Source: Vampirovibrionaceae bacterium NZW_1234 (GTDB lineage Bacteria; Cyanobacteriota; Vampirovibrionia; Vampirovibrionales; JAGQHJ01). From it: a stretch of 64,000 nucleotides of DNA. The notes beneath the pieces are model-generated. The model was not told the DNA's origin. It ran no database searches and was given only the letters and a program-made list of their open reading frames with translations. Shown here in pieces: positions 47,193 to 57,047 of the stretch (position 1 is the first letter of the stretch; the number at the start of each line of letters is the position of its first letter). The position numbers and the translations under genes are program-made. The stretch covers positions 64,001 through 128,000 of the forward strand of contig JBGUGD010000009.1 of assembly GCA_041697335.1 (NCBI GenBank), given 5' to 3'.

Positions 47193-48437
47193 ATGGTTGC
47201 ATCAGGAATTACACGTCGACCGATACAGGGGCCCGGACAGGGCCAGCCAGTACAGGGTGCTGGAGCTAGTGGCAATTCTGGTATACAGGAAGGTACCCAG
47301 ATAAATATGACTGGCAACACAGGTGTTAATGGTGAAAACACACCTGAAGCTGTCAACAACTTAGCCTCGGATGCAGAAGGCCCTGAAGATTTTGATTTTA
47401 CTGGTTTAGAGGATGATAACTCTACGAATGGTGCTGGTAATGGACCCACAGCTGCTAATGGAGCCAGCGGACCTGCCGGAGCCTCTGGTGCTGCAGGCGC
47501 CAGTGGAGCTTCAGGTGCTGCCGGAGCTTCTGGAGCAAATGGTGCTCAACCTGCAAATGGTGCGGGTAATGGTCAACGTCCCACATTTAACGGAACCAAC
47601 GGACCCGAGGGGGCCCAGGATTGGACCGGTGAAGAATTCAATGCCAATAACATCGAAGAAGCCGGACAAGCCGCAAATGACAAAGGGATTGGTGTTCAGG
47701 GCGATGTCCAAGCCCAGGTAGCGGCAGCCGAGAAATTCTGTCAGGAAGCCATTGCACATAACCAGCGCTTGCTGCAACAGCTTGGTGGCGGCGGTGAAGG
47801 TGGCGACTCTGCCGGAGGTGCAGGTGTTGAAGGACCTGCCGGTGGCGTCGGTGAAACACCAAGTGCCGGTGGTGGTGAAGGTACCGATGGTGGTGGCGGA
47901 CTCGGAGGCAGTGCCGGCCAGCAGCCCGTAGATATTCCATCACAAGTCTGGAGTAAAACCGCTGATGGTCAAGACAACCAAGAAGGTATCCAGGCCCTGC
48001 AACAGGTCGTTCAACGCTACAAGCCCCAAAACGATCCGCTCGTTCAGCAGATCCGTCAGCGCCAAGGCGGCGGTGAAGCAGCTAATGGTGGTGAAGGTAA
48101 CAACGGGGCTCCTGCCAACGGGGCGAATGGAACTCCCACCAATGGAGCCAATGGCGCTAATGAAGTAAATCCGGCCGGTGGCGAAGGCAACCAAGATAAA
48201 CCATTAAATGAAATGTCTGCAGATGAAATTCGGGCACTGACGCCGGAACAGCTGCAAGCCAAGGAAGCTGAAATGGAAGAAGCCGGTACCGGTGCAACGC
48301 TTGATGAAGAGCAACAAGCTGCGGTTGAAGAAGTTCGATCCAGAGGCCAGCAGCCTACCGAAGAGGCTAACAATGGTGATAACCTGGTTCAGGGTAATTT
48401 CGACCAACAGCAGCCTCGTCGGGCCGTGAATGCATAG
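47193..48437 (+). CDS. Gly/Ala/Asn-rich hypothetical protein, paralogue of 44142
   Basis: GGAGG RBS; short G-X-Y tract; shared PTF..G...NN...A...A.DKG.G..GD domain. Confidence 0.85.
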   Translation: MVASGITRRPIQGPGQGQPVQGAGASGNSGIQEGTQINMTGNTGVNGENTPEAVNNLASDAEGPEDFDFTGLEDDNSTNGAGNGPTAANGASGPAGASGAAGASGASGAAGASGANGAQPANGAGNGQRPTFNGTNGPEGAQDWTGEEFNANNIEEAGQAANDKGIGVQGDVQAQVAAAEKFCQEAIAHNQRLLQQLGGGGEGGDSAGGAGVEGPAGGVGETPSAGGGEGTDGGGGLGGSAGQQPVDIPSQVWSKTADGQDNQEGIQALQQVVQRYKPQNDPLVQQIRQRQGGGEAANGGEGNNGAPANGANGTPTNGANGANEVNPAGGEGNQDKPLNEMSADEIRALTPEQLQAKEAEMEEAGTGATLDEEQQAAVEEVRSRGQQPTEEANNGDNLVQGNFDQQQPRRAVNA

Positions 48438-48537
48438 TCTGTTCTGATTCGTTTAATCCACTCTTTCAATATGTGAATGTAAGTTCGTAAGGAAGTAAAC
48501 CAGTATTCAAGCGTGTTGAACGCAAACACATACAGCC

Positions 48538-48564
48538 AACCCCTCGAGGCAACTCGAGGGGTTT
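48538..48564 (+). terminator. Rho-independent terminator
   Basis: aacccctcgag/ctcgaggggtt followed by tt. Confidence 0.75.
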
Positions 48565-48626
48565 TGGTCTTTGTCGTAAAATGTGAAAACAAACCGATTC
48601 CCTCAACCTATGGGAGATTGTCCGCC

Positions 48627-49220
48627 ATGAGCCTGTATCGCACCCTGGAATCCATGTTGCCTTGTGCCAAATGCGGCACCGAGCGCCACGTCACTGTTCA
48701 GTTCAATACCGGAGAAGACAACCTGGAGAGTTACCATCAGGGACAACTGGTCATGGGCGATCCCCTATTTTATCAGGGCGCATGCTTCCCGGCCCAGATG
48801 GAAGGGTACTGCGAAGCCTGTATTGGCTTACGGCGTCAGGAGGAGTACCGGGCCTTCTACCAGTGCTTAACGCAATTTGTGGCTGATGGGCGCTTAATGG
48901 TGCGTATGGGCAAACTGGTGCGCAAGTGGCTCAGCGCCGAGGAACTTCAACTCATCGGCAAAGCCCGGTTGGCCGATCTGCTGGCCAAGGGCAAACCTGT
49001 CCCTAACCCTTTTAGCGAACTCAAAGCCTTCGACCCCCTGTGGAACCGGGAGCCGTTAATCCAGGGTTCTCCCGAATATGTGGATTTTCTGGATACCATT
49101 ACGCCGATGATGAACAACGCCATGGCCGATGCCGGCTGGCCGCCGTTGGCCCTGATTCGCCGGGACATCCAGGTTTGTGTCGATGACGCCAAAACCTTGC
49201 AGGTGGCTTATATCAGTTAA
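48627..49220 (+). CDS. Hypothetical zinc-finger protein
   Basis: GGAG RBS; CAKC ... CEAC. Confidence 0.7.
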   Translation: MSLYRTLESMLPCAKCGTERHVTVQFNTGEDNLESYHQGQLVMGDPLFYQGACFPAQMEGYCEACIGLRRQEEYRAFYQCLTQFVADGRLMVRMGKLVRKWLSAEELQLIGKARLADLLAKGKPVPNPFSELKAFDPLWNREPLIQGSPEYVDFLDTITPMMNNAMADAGWPPLALIRRDIQVCVDDAKTLQVAYIS

Positions 49221-49231
49221 TGCCGTAAACC

Positions 49232-49888
49232 CTATTTCTCGCTGAACCCGGATTCAATGGCCCACACAATGGCTTCCGAGCGGGTATTCACCCCAATTTT
49301 ACTGTAAATGTTATACAAATGATTATGGACGGTTTTGGGGCTGACCATCAGGAGTTCGGCCAGTTGCTGGTTGGAGTACCCTCGGGTCAGGGCCGACAGG
49401 ACTTCCTTTTCCCGATCCGTCAGCGCATCGAAGATATCTTCTTTGGCCGTAAATTTTGCCGAATTCAGCTTTTCGGACAAATCGGCAGACAGATCCAGGG
49501 TCTCACCGGCAATGACCCGATGAATGGAGCTAATCAGTTCTTCAATCTGAACATCTTTCAATAAAAAGCCCTTCACCCCCAGATCCAGGAATTTCTTCAA
49601 CACCAGCGTGTCATCCTGATTCGTCAGCACAATAATCCGAGCCGCTGGCCATGCTGTCATAATGGCCCGGCTCGCCTCGTACCCGTTCACTTTGGGCAGG
49701 TTGATGTCCATCAGAATGACATCCGGCTTTAGCGCCAGTGCCTGCATAATGGCATCTTCCCCGTTGTCGGCTTCGCCACAGATCTCGATCTGTGAATCCG
49801 TGGCCAAGAGCTGCTTCAGTCCTTGACGCAAGATCGTGTGGTCATCAATCAGTAACACGCGAATGGCAGTTGTCTCTGTCATAGTCAT
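49232..49888 (-). CDS. NarL/FixJ-family response regulator (REC + LuxR HTH)
   Basis: IDDH, MDINLP, LLKD, LTDREKEVL...SPKTVHNHLYNIYSK. Confidence 0.95.
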   Translation of the reverse strand: MTMTETTAIRVLLIDDHTILRQGLKQLLATDSQIEICGEADNGEDAIMQALALKPDVILMDINLPKVNGYEASRAIMTAWPAARIIVLTNQDDTLVLKKFLDLGVKGFLLKDVQIEELISSIHRVIAGETLDLSADLSEKLNSAKFTAKEDIFDALTDREKEVLSALTRGYSNQQLAELLMVSPKTVHNHLYNIYSKIGVNTRSEAIVWAIESGFSEK

Positions 49889-51021
49889 TTGGCAATCGTA
49901 ATCTCCATACAGGCTCCATGACTGGCATTGTTGGCCAGAGAAAAAGTACCGGCCAATTCCTTGATCCGCTCTTTTAACCCGACCACACCCAGGTGGCCGT
50001 TTTGAACCAGGGTCTCATCCGACGGCATCACGGTCCAGGGCAACCCAATGCCATCATCCTGAATCTGAAATAAAAATTGCTCGGAGGTTTCCTCAATCAC
50101 CACATCAATGGTCTCGGCCTGACTGTGTTTAATACAGTTGCGAATTCCTTCCTGCAAGATCCGAAACAAGTGCAATAACTCTCGCTCATTGAATCGGGAT
50201 TCAAACCGCACATGCCCGTCCGTATCGGCTAAAGGCCGGTAATCCAGCATAATCCCAACCTCCGGGGTTTGCTGCCGGATCTTTTCGATAAACTGCTCCA
50301 ATGCGGGAATCAACCCCAGGGCGAACAAAGGCTCCGGTCTCAAGTCCCGACAAATCTGGCGTACCGTTTTCAGCGTCTCTCCCAGTTCCTGGCCGATGTT
50401 GCGAAGCTGCTCCTTCAGCTTATCCGACCCGCCGGAGTCGGCAATTTCCTTCTGGCACAACTGCAACTGAAAATTCAAAAACGTCAGCCGCTGGGCCAAA
50501 TCATCATGAAGCTCTCGGGAAATGTTCAGCCGCTCCGACTCAATATGCTCCTCATAGGTCATCAGCAACCGGTTCATTTCCTTGTTGACCGTTCCCAGCT
50601 TCTGGTTCAACTTCTGCATGTTCGTTTTCGTGTCGATCATCCACGGAATCCACTCAAAGAACCCGTAGGCAATCAGGGAAATCCCGCCGGTATAACCCAA
50701 AATTTTCTTTAAAAACGCCTGCTCCCAACTCCGGCCAAAGGGAATGTCCCAGCTCTGTAACACGGCCACCACGGGCGGATCATCCAGAATATCCACCCAG
50801 CTGCCAATCATCAGAAAACCCAGGCCCCACACAATCTTGGTCCACCCCACCTGCTTCATTTCCGGATACTTGATCTGGCAAATAATGGCAAATACAAAAA
50901 TGGCCGACACCACCAGCCCATGCACAATCTCCACCAAAATGGTTTCCATTTGCCAGACATTATCAAAATAAGCCAGCAACGCACCAAAGGCGATCAATAG
51001 AAAAAAGACCTTGAGATTCAT
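49885..51021 (-). CDS. Membrane sensor histidine kinase (HisKA_3)
   Basis: Several TMs; ERLNISRELHDD, QEGIRNCIKHS, DDGIG, GHLGVVGLKER. Confidence 0.95.
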   Translation of the reverse strand: MNLKVFFLLIAFGALLAYFDNVWQMETILVEIVHGLVVSAIFVFAIICQIKYPEMKQVGWTKIVWGLGFLMIGSWVDILDDPPVVAVLQSWDIPFGRSWEQAFLKKILGYTGGISLIAYGFFEWIPWMIDTKTNMQKLNQKLGTVNKEMNRLLMTYEEHIESERLNISRELHDDLAQRLTFLNFQLQLCQKEIADSGGSDKLKEQLRNIGQELGETLKTVRQICRDLRPEPLFALGLIPALEQFIEKIRQQTPEVGIMLDYRPLADTDGHVRFESRFNERELLHLFRILQEGIRNCIKHSQAETIDVVIEETSEQFLFQIQDDGIGLPWTVMPSDETLVQNGHLGVVGLKERIKELAGTFSLANNASHGACMEITIAK

Positions 51022-51205
51022 CGGGTGTCCAATCCAATCTTAGAAAGGGAAATAAGGGTGCATCCTCATTATACGGGAAGCCGGATAGAAAAAACCGACC
51101 ACTCTGTCAGAATGATCGGGGTTGTAAACGTTAAGGAGTTTTGGGGGTCAATTAGGTAAGGATTAAGGTAAGGAAACTTGATGAAGCTCTCGTGTGCTTC
51201 GATAC

Positions 51206-51622
51206 TCCCTATTCAACCAAACCCACACCCCACTGCCATGAGGAATCTTTCCCCACTTCCCTAGGTATTCTTTCCTATCTTCTCGTATGTTTGATGTATT
51301 TGTGCACATTATCAATAATGGGGGCCTTGCCCCCAAACCCCCACCAAAGGGCCACCTGGCCCTCTGGACACCCAACCGGGATAGTTAGGGAGGGGGCCTT
51401 TTCTAAAATATGTGACCTGGAGGTTTAAATGCCCCCTCCCTAACTATCCCACACGGGGTTCCAAGGGGCCGTAAGGCCCTTTGGCAGGGGTTTGGGGACA
51501 GCGTCCCCATTATCGACAGGGCGCACGGATACGGCAAACACATGGAGAAGATAGGAAAGAATACCCAGGGAAGTGAGGAAGATTTACTCAGGAAAGGGTT
51601 GATTGGTTTTGGTTGAATGGGG
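51206..51622. repeat. Long imperfect inverted repeat (about 190-bp arms) carrying REP-like palindromes
   Basis: Arm 51206-51397 pairs with 51431-51622, e.g. gggatagttagggagggggc/gccccctccctaactatccc and gtattctttcctatcttctc/gagaagataggaaagaatac. Confidence 0.88.
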
Positions 51623-51668
51623 ACAGTTGGACATAGCTTTACGTTACACAGCGAAGGAGTATTCACCG

Positions 51669-51995
51669 ATGATCACGTTGGACAATGTTTTAGCCGGGTT
51701 GACCCAAGGCTTGCAGGGCAATAATAAAGCTGGCGGTGGTCAGAGTGCAACCGCAAATCCGTTGGAAGGATTATTAAGTGGTGTTGTGTCGTCCTTGACC
51801 GGGCCGTCTGAGGATGTTGCCGAGATCGGGCCTCGCAAAGCCAAAGCGGCTAAATCCGAGAGCCAGCAACAGAGCGGTGGTTTGGTCAGCAATCTGCTGT
51901 CTCGGGGCAAGAGTTTGGCCATGACCGTTGCCGTTGGCCTGGGGTTGTATTATTTGGCAAAACGGTTCTTTTCGGGAAATAATGGCAATCAATAG
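51669..51995 (+). CDS. Hypothetical protein with a C-terminal TM anchor
   Basis: AAGGAG RBS before ATG 51669; LAMTVAVGLGLYYLAKR. Confidence 0.75.
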   Translation: MITLDNVLAGLTQGLQGNNKAGGGQSATANPLEGLLSGVVSSLTGPSEDVAEIGPRKAKAAKSESQQQSGGLVSNLLSRGKSLAMTVAVGLGLYYLAKRFFSGNNGNQ

Positions 51996-52047
51996 GCCGG
52001 ACTGGTTTTATTAGCAGTCTGCGACAAGATAGGAATTTGTAACGCTC

Positions 52048-52884
52048 ATGTACGGTCCCAGCTTGCTTCCCTATGTACTTCATTCCCAAGGCCCATCCGT
52101 GGGTTGGCAGAATGTGGTGGATCGATCCGCCGAACAGTATTACAGCTGGGGTAACATTAAGACCCAGATGGCGTTGAATTCGGCGGCGCAGTCCATGTTT
52201 AGCGATCGGGACAACCCGATGGGGGCAGCCGGAAGTGCTCTGGTTACCTATGGGGCGTTAACGGCAGGCGAAAAGTTTTTCGGGCTGTATGGCCGGATGC
52301 TGAAGCGTTTTTCGGAGAATCATCCCGGCTTTGCCGAGTTTCGAAACACGCACCCCATTATCGGCAATATCCTGGCCTGGGGGCCCGGCGTGGGGCTTGG
52401 CGTTGCAGGCGGGGCTGCGGCCTTTGCCGTTGGCCGAAGCATTCTGGCCAATGGTATGAAAGCCGGTGTATTTAATGCGTTGAATGCGAATCCGCTGGTT
52501 CGCACATTAGTTTTAGGAGGCATTCTGGTCGGTGGCCTGGCCACCTCGTTCCTGGGAATTTTTGCTCGCAAGGGCATTGGGGAATTGTCCGATTCGGGGA
52601 AAGAGTATCGCGAGGCCCGCAAGGTCAATCCGACCATGGCGCCGGATCAACTTAAGCAGTTGGTCAAGGCGACTCGGAACCAACGTATTTTGAATCAACA
52701 GCTGCAAGCCCAGGAAGAAACCCGACGCTCCCAGCTGGATCCTTTTTACAAGGCCCGTCCGGTCCAGCGTCAAGATGAGGTGGTTAATCCAAGACTAAAT
52801 CCGGCGCCGATGCAGACGATGTCCAATCAATGGCAATGGCAGCCTGCGGAGAGACCGGTATCTCGCCAGCTTCAGTGGGCATAG
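52048..52884 (+). CDS. Hypothetical membrane protein with Gly-rich hydrophobic helices
   Basis: GPGVGLGVAGGAAAFAVG; LVLGGILVGGLATSFLG. Confidence 0.75.
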   Translation: MYGPSLLPYVLHSQGPSVGWQNVVDRSAEQYYSWGNIKTQMALNSAAQSMFSDRDNPMGAAGSALVTYGALTAGEKFFGLYGRMLKRFSENHPGFAEFRNTHPIIGNILAWGPGVGLGVAGGAAAFAVGRSILANGMKAGVFNALNANPLVRTLVLGGILVGGLATSFLGIFARKGIGELSDSGKEYREARKVNPTMAPDQLKQLVKATRNQRILNQQLQAQEETRRSQLDPFYKARPVQRQDEVVNPRLNPAPMQTMSNQWQWQPAERPVSRQLQWA

Positions 52885-52999
52885 GGGTGATTATCCTGCT
52901 TCGGTGGGAATAAAAAATACAGTCTGTACGGGCAGGCATGAAAATCCTGTGACCGGTTTTTTTTAGGATATTCAAAAGTTTATCCTGAAAGGATTTCCT

Positions 53000-54793
53000 G
53001 TGGTACGCATTATGCTGTTCAGCAGGAACCAGGGGCCTCCGAGGCGTGTCGGCGTTGCTGCCGGTGGCGGTGTTGCCCCACGAAACGTGTTAAACCGGGT
53101 TGCGCTGCCGCATCCGGTCTCGCAACCTAGGGCTGAATCAGTACGCTTTGGCGGCGTCACGGGGACTCTGGCGGATCGTCACTGGATGTCTCCAAAAGCC
53201 TTTCAAAACCTGTTAAACATTGCCTCAACGCCCTACATTGGGCGGTTGCCTGACGCTTTGCGCCAGGCGGTCGAGGGCTCGCCCAAGCAGGTGTATCAGG
53301 CCCTGGATGAACTGGCACCGTTGTTGCGCAAGCTCCGAAATTGTGACACGGATGATTTGGCGTTTCGTATCGGCCCATCCAACGTCCCAGTGACCCTCCA
53401 CCAGATTGGCTCGGGCAGCTATGGGATTGTCTATCGCCTGACGGTCAATCAGCAGTCGTTTGCCTTAAAGGTTTACCACCACACCACGGAAGTATCTACC
53501 CATGGCTCCTATGGCGAAAGTGCGACGGGACTCTATTTTTCTCAACAAAACCTGAAGGATGTGGCCCGGTTTCATTTCGGCAATCCCAAGGCCGGGTGGG
53601 GGGTCTTCGAGTTGATTACCTCCGGGATGTCGGTCGCCACGCGAAAAGGCCAATCCATTAAAGCGTTTCCGGTTGTTTTGGAAGACGATCGGGATGTGAA
53701 TCGGATAAATGGCATCCGGGTCGACTATGGAGGTATTCTTAAAAGCAGTCAACGCCGAGAGAGGAAAAAACTCGGCGGGTATCCGCAGGCAACAGTCAAT
53801 CCAGACAGCGGGATCCAGGCAAGTAATCCGTCAAGACTTTATAACCTCCCCCAGGACGAACGCTATGAAGCTTTCCTGAAGCTCATGCAGTCGAAGCAGC
53901 CTTTCGCCCTTCTTGATGCGGTTTCTCAGATTGACAATTTGCCGGAGCAATGGCGCTATGAAGCTTTTAATCAGGCGATGCATACCGGGGAACAATGGGT
54001 ACAAGCCAAGGCGGCGTCAAAACTCTTCTGTCTGTCGCCTGAATTTAGGGTGGAAGCCTTTCGTCAAGCGATCCAAACCACCGACATCATGGTGCAGGCC
54101 AATGCTTTGTCGCAACTGAAGTGCCTCCCCACTGAATTTCGACAAGAAGCCTTCGAGTGGGGGATCAAAACCCACATCCCAGCATTGCAGTCTGTGGTTG
54201 CGTCTGAAATTTACAGTCTACCCGAAGAATTCATCAATACGGCCTTTCAACGGGCCATGCAAACCCGGGACCCATTGGTTCAAAGCAATGCTGCATTGGG
54301 GATATCTCAATTGCCCCCGGCCTTCCGGCACGATGCGTTTGAGCAGGCCATGCAAACCGAGGATCCGTCTCTTCAGGAGATCGCGGTTTCTCAACTATTC
54401 AGTCTTCCCAGTGAGGTTATTCCAACGATTTATCACCGCGTGATGCAGACCCAAAACCCCATGTTTCAGGCGAGTGCGGCGTCGCAGATCGGTGCGTATC
54501 CATGGACGTTCCGGCAAGACGCGTTTCAGCAGGCCATGAAAATTCAGGACCCGAGGGTGCAAGCCAGTGCCGCTTCTCAGATCTCCAGCCTGCCTCCCGA
54601 AGATCGGCAAGAAGCTTTTGAGCAGGCACTACAAACCAACAACCCGGATGTTCAGGCCAGTGCCGCAAGTCAAATCTATAGCTTCCCCAAGGCATTCAGG
54701 CCCAACGCAGTTCAGATGTATGCAGACGCCATGGCGCGTCATGGGGCGTTGCAGTGTGTGAAAGACCTGACCCTCATCACCGCTTCAGCCTGA
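53000..54793 (+). CDS. Minimal kinase-like domain fused to nine 31-aa HEAT-like repeats
   Basis: IGSGSYGIVY, FALKVY, DDRDVN, IRVDYGG; repeats LP...R..AF.QAMQT.DP.VQA.AASQ. Confidence 0.8.
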   Translation: MVRIMLFSRNQGPPRRVGVAAGGGVAPRNVLNRVALPHPVSQPRAESVRFGGVTGTLADRHWMSPKAFQNLLNIASTPYIGRLPDALRQAVEGSPKQVYQALDELAPLLRKLRNCDTDDLAFRIGPSNVPVTLHQIGSGSYGIVYRLTVNQQSFALKVYHHTTEVSTHGSYGESATGLYFSQQNLKDVARFHFGNPKAGWGVFELITSGMSVATRKGQSIKAFPVVLEDDRDVNRINGIRVDYGGILKSSQRRERKKLGGYPQATVNPDSGIQASNPSRLYNLPQDERYEAFLKLMQSKQPFALLDAVSQIDNLPEQWRYEAFNQAMHTGEQWVQAKAASKLFCLSPEFRVEAFRQAIQTTDIMVQANALSQLKCLPTEFRQEAFEWGIKTHIPALQSVVASEIYSLPEEFINTAFQRAMQTRDPLVQSNAALGISQLPPAFRHDAFEQAMQTEDPSLQEIAVSQLFSLPSEVIPTIYHRVMQTQNPMFQASAASQIGAYPWTFRQDAFQQAMKIQDPRVQASAASQISSLPPEDRQEAFEQALQTNNPDVQASAASQIYSFPKAFRPNAVQMYADAMARHGALQCVKDLTLITASA

Positions 54794-54880
54794 AACCGTA
54801 CCCGGCCTGCATTTAAAATGGCATGGCCTCACCCGGTTGATGAAGGTGCGACGTTCGGGCAAGGGTGGTAGGATGGGACC

Positions 54881-55909
54881 ATGATGCTTCGACGCCGTAT
54901 TTTAGCGCTTTTGATTCTCGTGCTTGGGTTGGCCGGGCAGGGGCATGTGGCCGCACAGAAATCGGATCAATCGGAGTTGGATCAAGCGGCCATGAAACAG
55001 GCCGTTTCCCACGAGGGATTGCGCGGGATGATCCACGGGGCCAATCCCGCCACCGGGGCCTATGTGCTGACCGTTCGTCATCCCCAGGATTTTTTTGACA
55101 GCATGGAGATTTCCCTGGTCCCCGCCTCGCCTGAAGTGCGACAAACCTTGGCCCGCTTGAAGCGGCATGACCAGGTTCGGGTGAAAGGCGCGTTTCTGAA
55201 TAATCCCTCTCCCCAACCACACCTTCAGGTCGCGGAGGTAATCCTGGAAACCCCATGGCAACCTTCAACCATGGCTTCGCCCAGCCGGAAAACCCTTGAA
55301 TCGAATATGCCTGCCACACTCCCGTCCTCTGGGGAACTAGTCGGCATCGTGCATGCCCTCCTGGAAGAGGGGCGGCTGTTGGTGGTCGAAGCCGGACAGC
55401 AGGTCTGGCCCGTGGTTGTGACTGATCCCGCATGGACACGTGATCTGTGGCGGGGGGATGGGATCCGGATGACCTACCGCACCCAGGGGTGGCCGCCTGA
55501 ACCCACGCATTTAATGTTGGAAAATCGTGCCGAAACCCCGCTGGTGGTTTTTGAGCGTTTGCAGATGGTGCATCAGAAACCCCTAACCCTCACCGGGGCC
55601 TTGGTCTTGTTTCCTCAAAGCCCGATTATTAACCGCGATGTCTGGGCCATTGAACAAACAACACCGGAAGGGCTCACCCGGTATTTTACGTTGGTCAATT
55701 TTGATGACCCCGATGAGTTTTCAAAAATCGATGCCCGGCTTCGCCGATGGTGGGACGCCGAATCGGCCACGGCCGTTTCCGGCCGGAACAAATTCATCAA
55801 CCCCAAACTCCTGATTCAGGCTTCCGGCGTGGCCAATATTGAATCGCCGAATCAGGCCAATCCCCAATTAACGGTTCGTGTTCAGCATCTTGTGAAAGTT
55901 CAAAAATAA
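54881..55909 (+). CDS. Secreted hypothetical protein (repeated OB-fold-like units)
   Basis: Signal peptide ending VAA-Q; LKRHDQVRVKG and LWRGDGIRM patterns. Confidence 0.7.
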   Translation: MMLRRRILALLILVLGLAGQGHVAAQKSDQSELDQAAMKQAVSHEGLRGMIHGANPATGAYVLTVRHPQDFFDSMEISLVPASPEVRQTLARLKRHDQVRVKGAFLNNPSPQPHLQVAEVILETPWQPSTMASPSRKTLESNMPATLPSSGELVGIVHALLEEGRLLVVEAGQQVWPVVVTDPAWTRDLWRGDGIRMTYRTQGWPPEPTHLMLENRAETPLVVFERLQMVHQKPLTLTGALVLFPQSPIINRDVWAIEQTTPEGLTRYFTLVNFDDPDEFSKIDARLRRWWDAESATAVSGRNKFINPKLLIQASGVANIESPNQANPQLTVRVQHLVKVQK

Positions 55910-55942
55910 AAATCACTCCGATAGAGTATCGGAGTGATTTTT
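55908..55942. terminator. Bidirectional terminator
   Basis: aaaaatcactccgata/tatcggagtgattttt. Confidence 0.85.
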
Positions 55943-55962
55943 TGTATTATCCTGAGAATCGA

Positions 55963-56763
55963 TTACATCGATTTTAAAGCGGCCGCCAGTGCTCTAAAGG
56001 CATCACGTTGTGTAAACTGGCTGGTGCCACCCAATAATTCATCCGGCTTTTCAGACATTTTCCGTTTCATGAATTTCAGATTCGTCTTTTCAATTTGCGG
56101 AATGTCTAAGCTATCAATATTAACCTTGTCCAGAACAAAGCCAATGACTTCACCCAGAATTTGATTGACTTGTTCATCGGTTGTGGCGACATCAAGTTGA
56201 GACTTTAATGCTTCAAGTTTGCTTTGATCAACATTACTCAGCCCACCTTTTTTCAGAATTGCATCGAGGGCTTTTCCGGTAAAGCTTTTTGTCTGAGCTT
56301 GATTGGGGCCATCGCCGTTTTCTGCCAGGAATGTGGCCTGGTTTTTAATGTCATCTGCAAGTTTGTTTGCTTCAGTCTTATTTTGTTCTTTAATCTGGCC
56401 CGGTGTTTTCGGTTTTTCCAAGCGCTCGTTTAACAGCTTCATCAGGTTTTTAATTTGTTCTTCTTGCTTTTTCATCTGCTTGGTCATGGCTTCCAACAAC
56501 TTGTTGGTATTACCGGTATTTAAAGCAATTTGCCCCAGAAGCATATCACCAATGCTGGGCATCCCGAAGTTGGGCATGCCGTTGGGAATTCCAAAGTTGG
56601 GGATTCCGCTGCCACCACCTGCGGTGGGAGTTCCGCCCAGAGGAATGGTGACCCCGGTTCCAGGGGTGTTGCCACCAAATGTCACCGATGAACTGCTAGT
56701 GCCATTGGCGTTAAAGTTAAAATTGAACGAAACTGTTGCAGCCGTATTAATACCGTTACTCAT
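55963..56763 (-). CDS. Hypothetical protein, paralogue of 59545-60432
   Basis: GGAGG RBS; shared C-domain GKALDAILKKGGLSN.D.SKLEALKSQL...DAFRALAAALK.M. Confidence 0.85.
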   Translation of the reverse strand: MSNGINTAATVSFNFNFNANGTSSSSVTFGGNTPGTGVTIPLGGTPTAGGGSGIPNFGIPNGMPNFGMPSIGDMLLGQIALNTGNTNKLLEAMTKQMKKQEEQIKNLMKLLNERLEKPKTPGQIKEQNKTEANKLADDIKNQATFLAENGDGPNQAQTKSFTGKALDAILKKGGLSNVDQSKLEALKSQLDVATTDEQVNQILGEVIGFVLDKVNIDSLDIPQIEKTNLKFMKRKMSEKPDELLGGTSQFTQRDAFRALAAALKSM

Positions 56764-57047
56764 AATCCCAGCCTCCAATATGTCCTTACTTAAATATCAG
56801 CACATTGTGTTACCTTGTATAAATATAAAAACAAGGTTAAGAGACTTTTTGATAGTTATTTTTAAATAGTCACGATTTTTAAAATTGTATATCTGATAGA
56901 CGACGTTCAGAATGCTTTTGAACGTAAAATACGGATCCAAGCGGGATTAAAAGCATGGGCATCAGAAGTGTCCTTCCACCGAAAAACCAGCACGCGATCA
57001 CCCATTTCGGGAACCTGAGAAGAGAGAATTGATGCGATCCCGGGGCT

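Noticed and set aside
23040..48570. Prophage or integrative element
   Set aside because: No integrase, terminase, capsid, transposase, tRNA or att-like flanking repeats were recognised.
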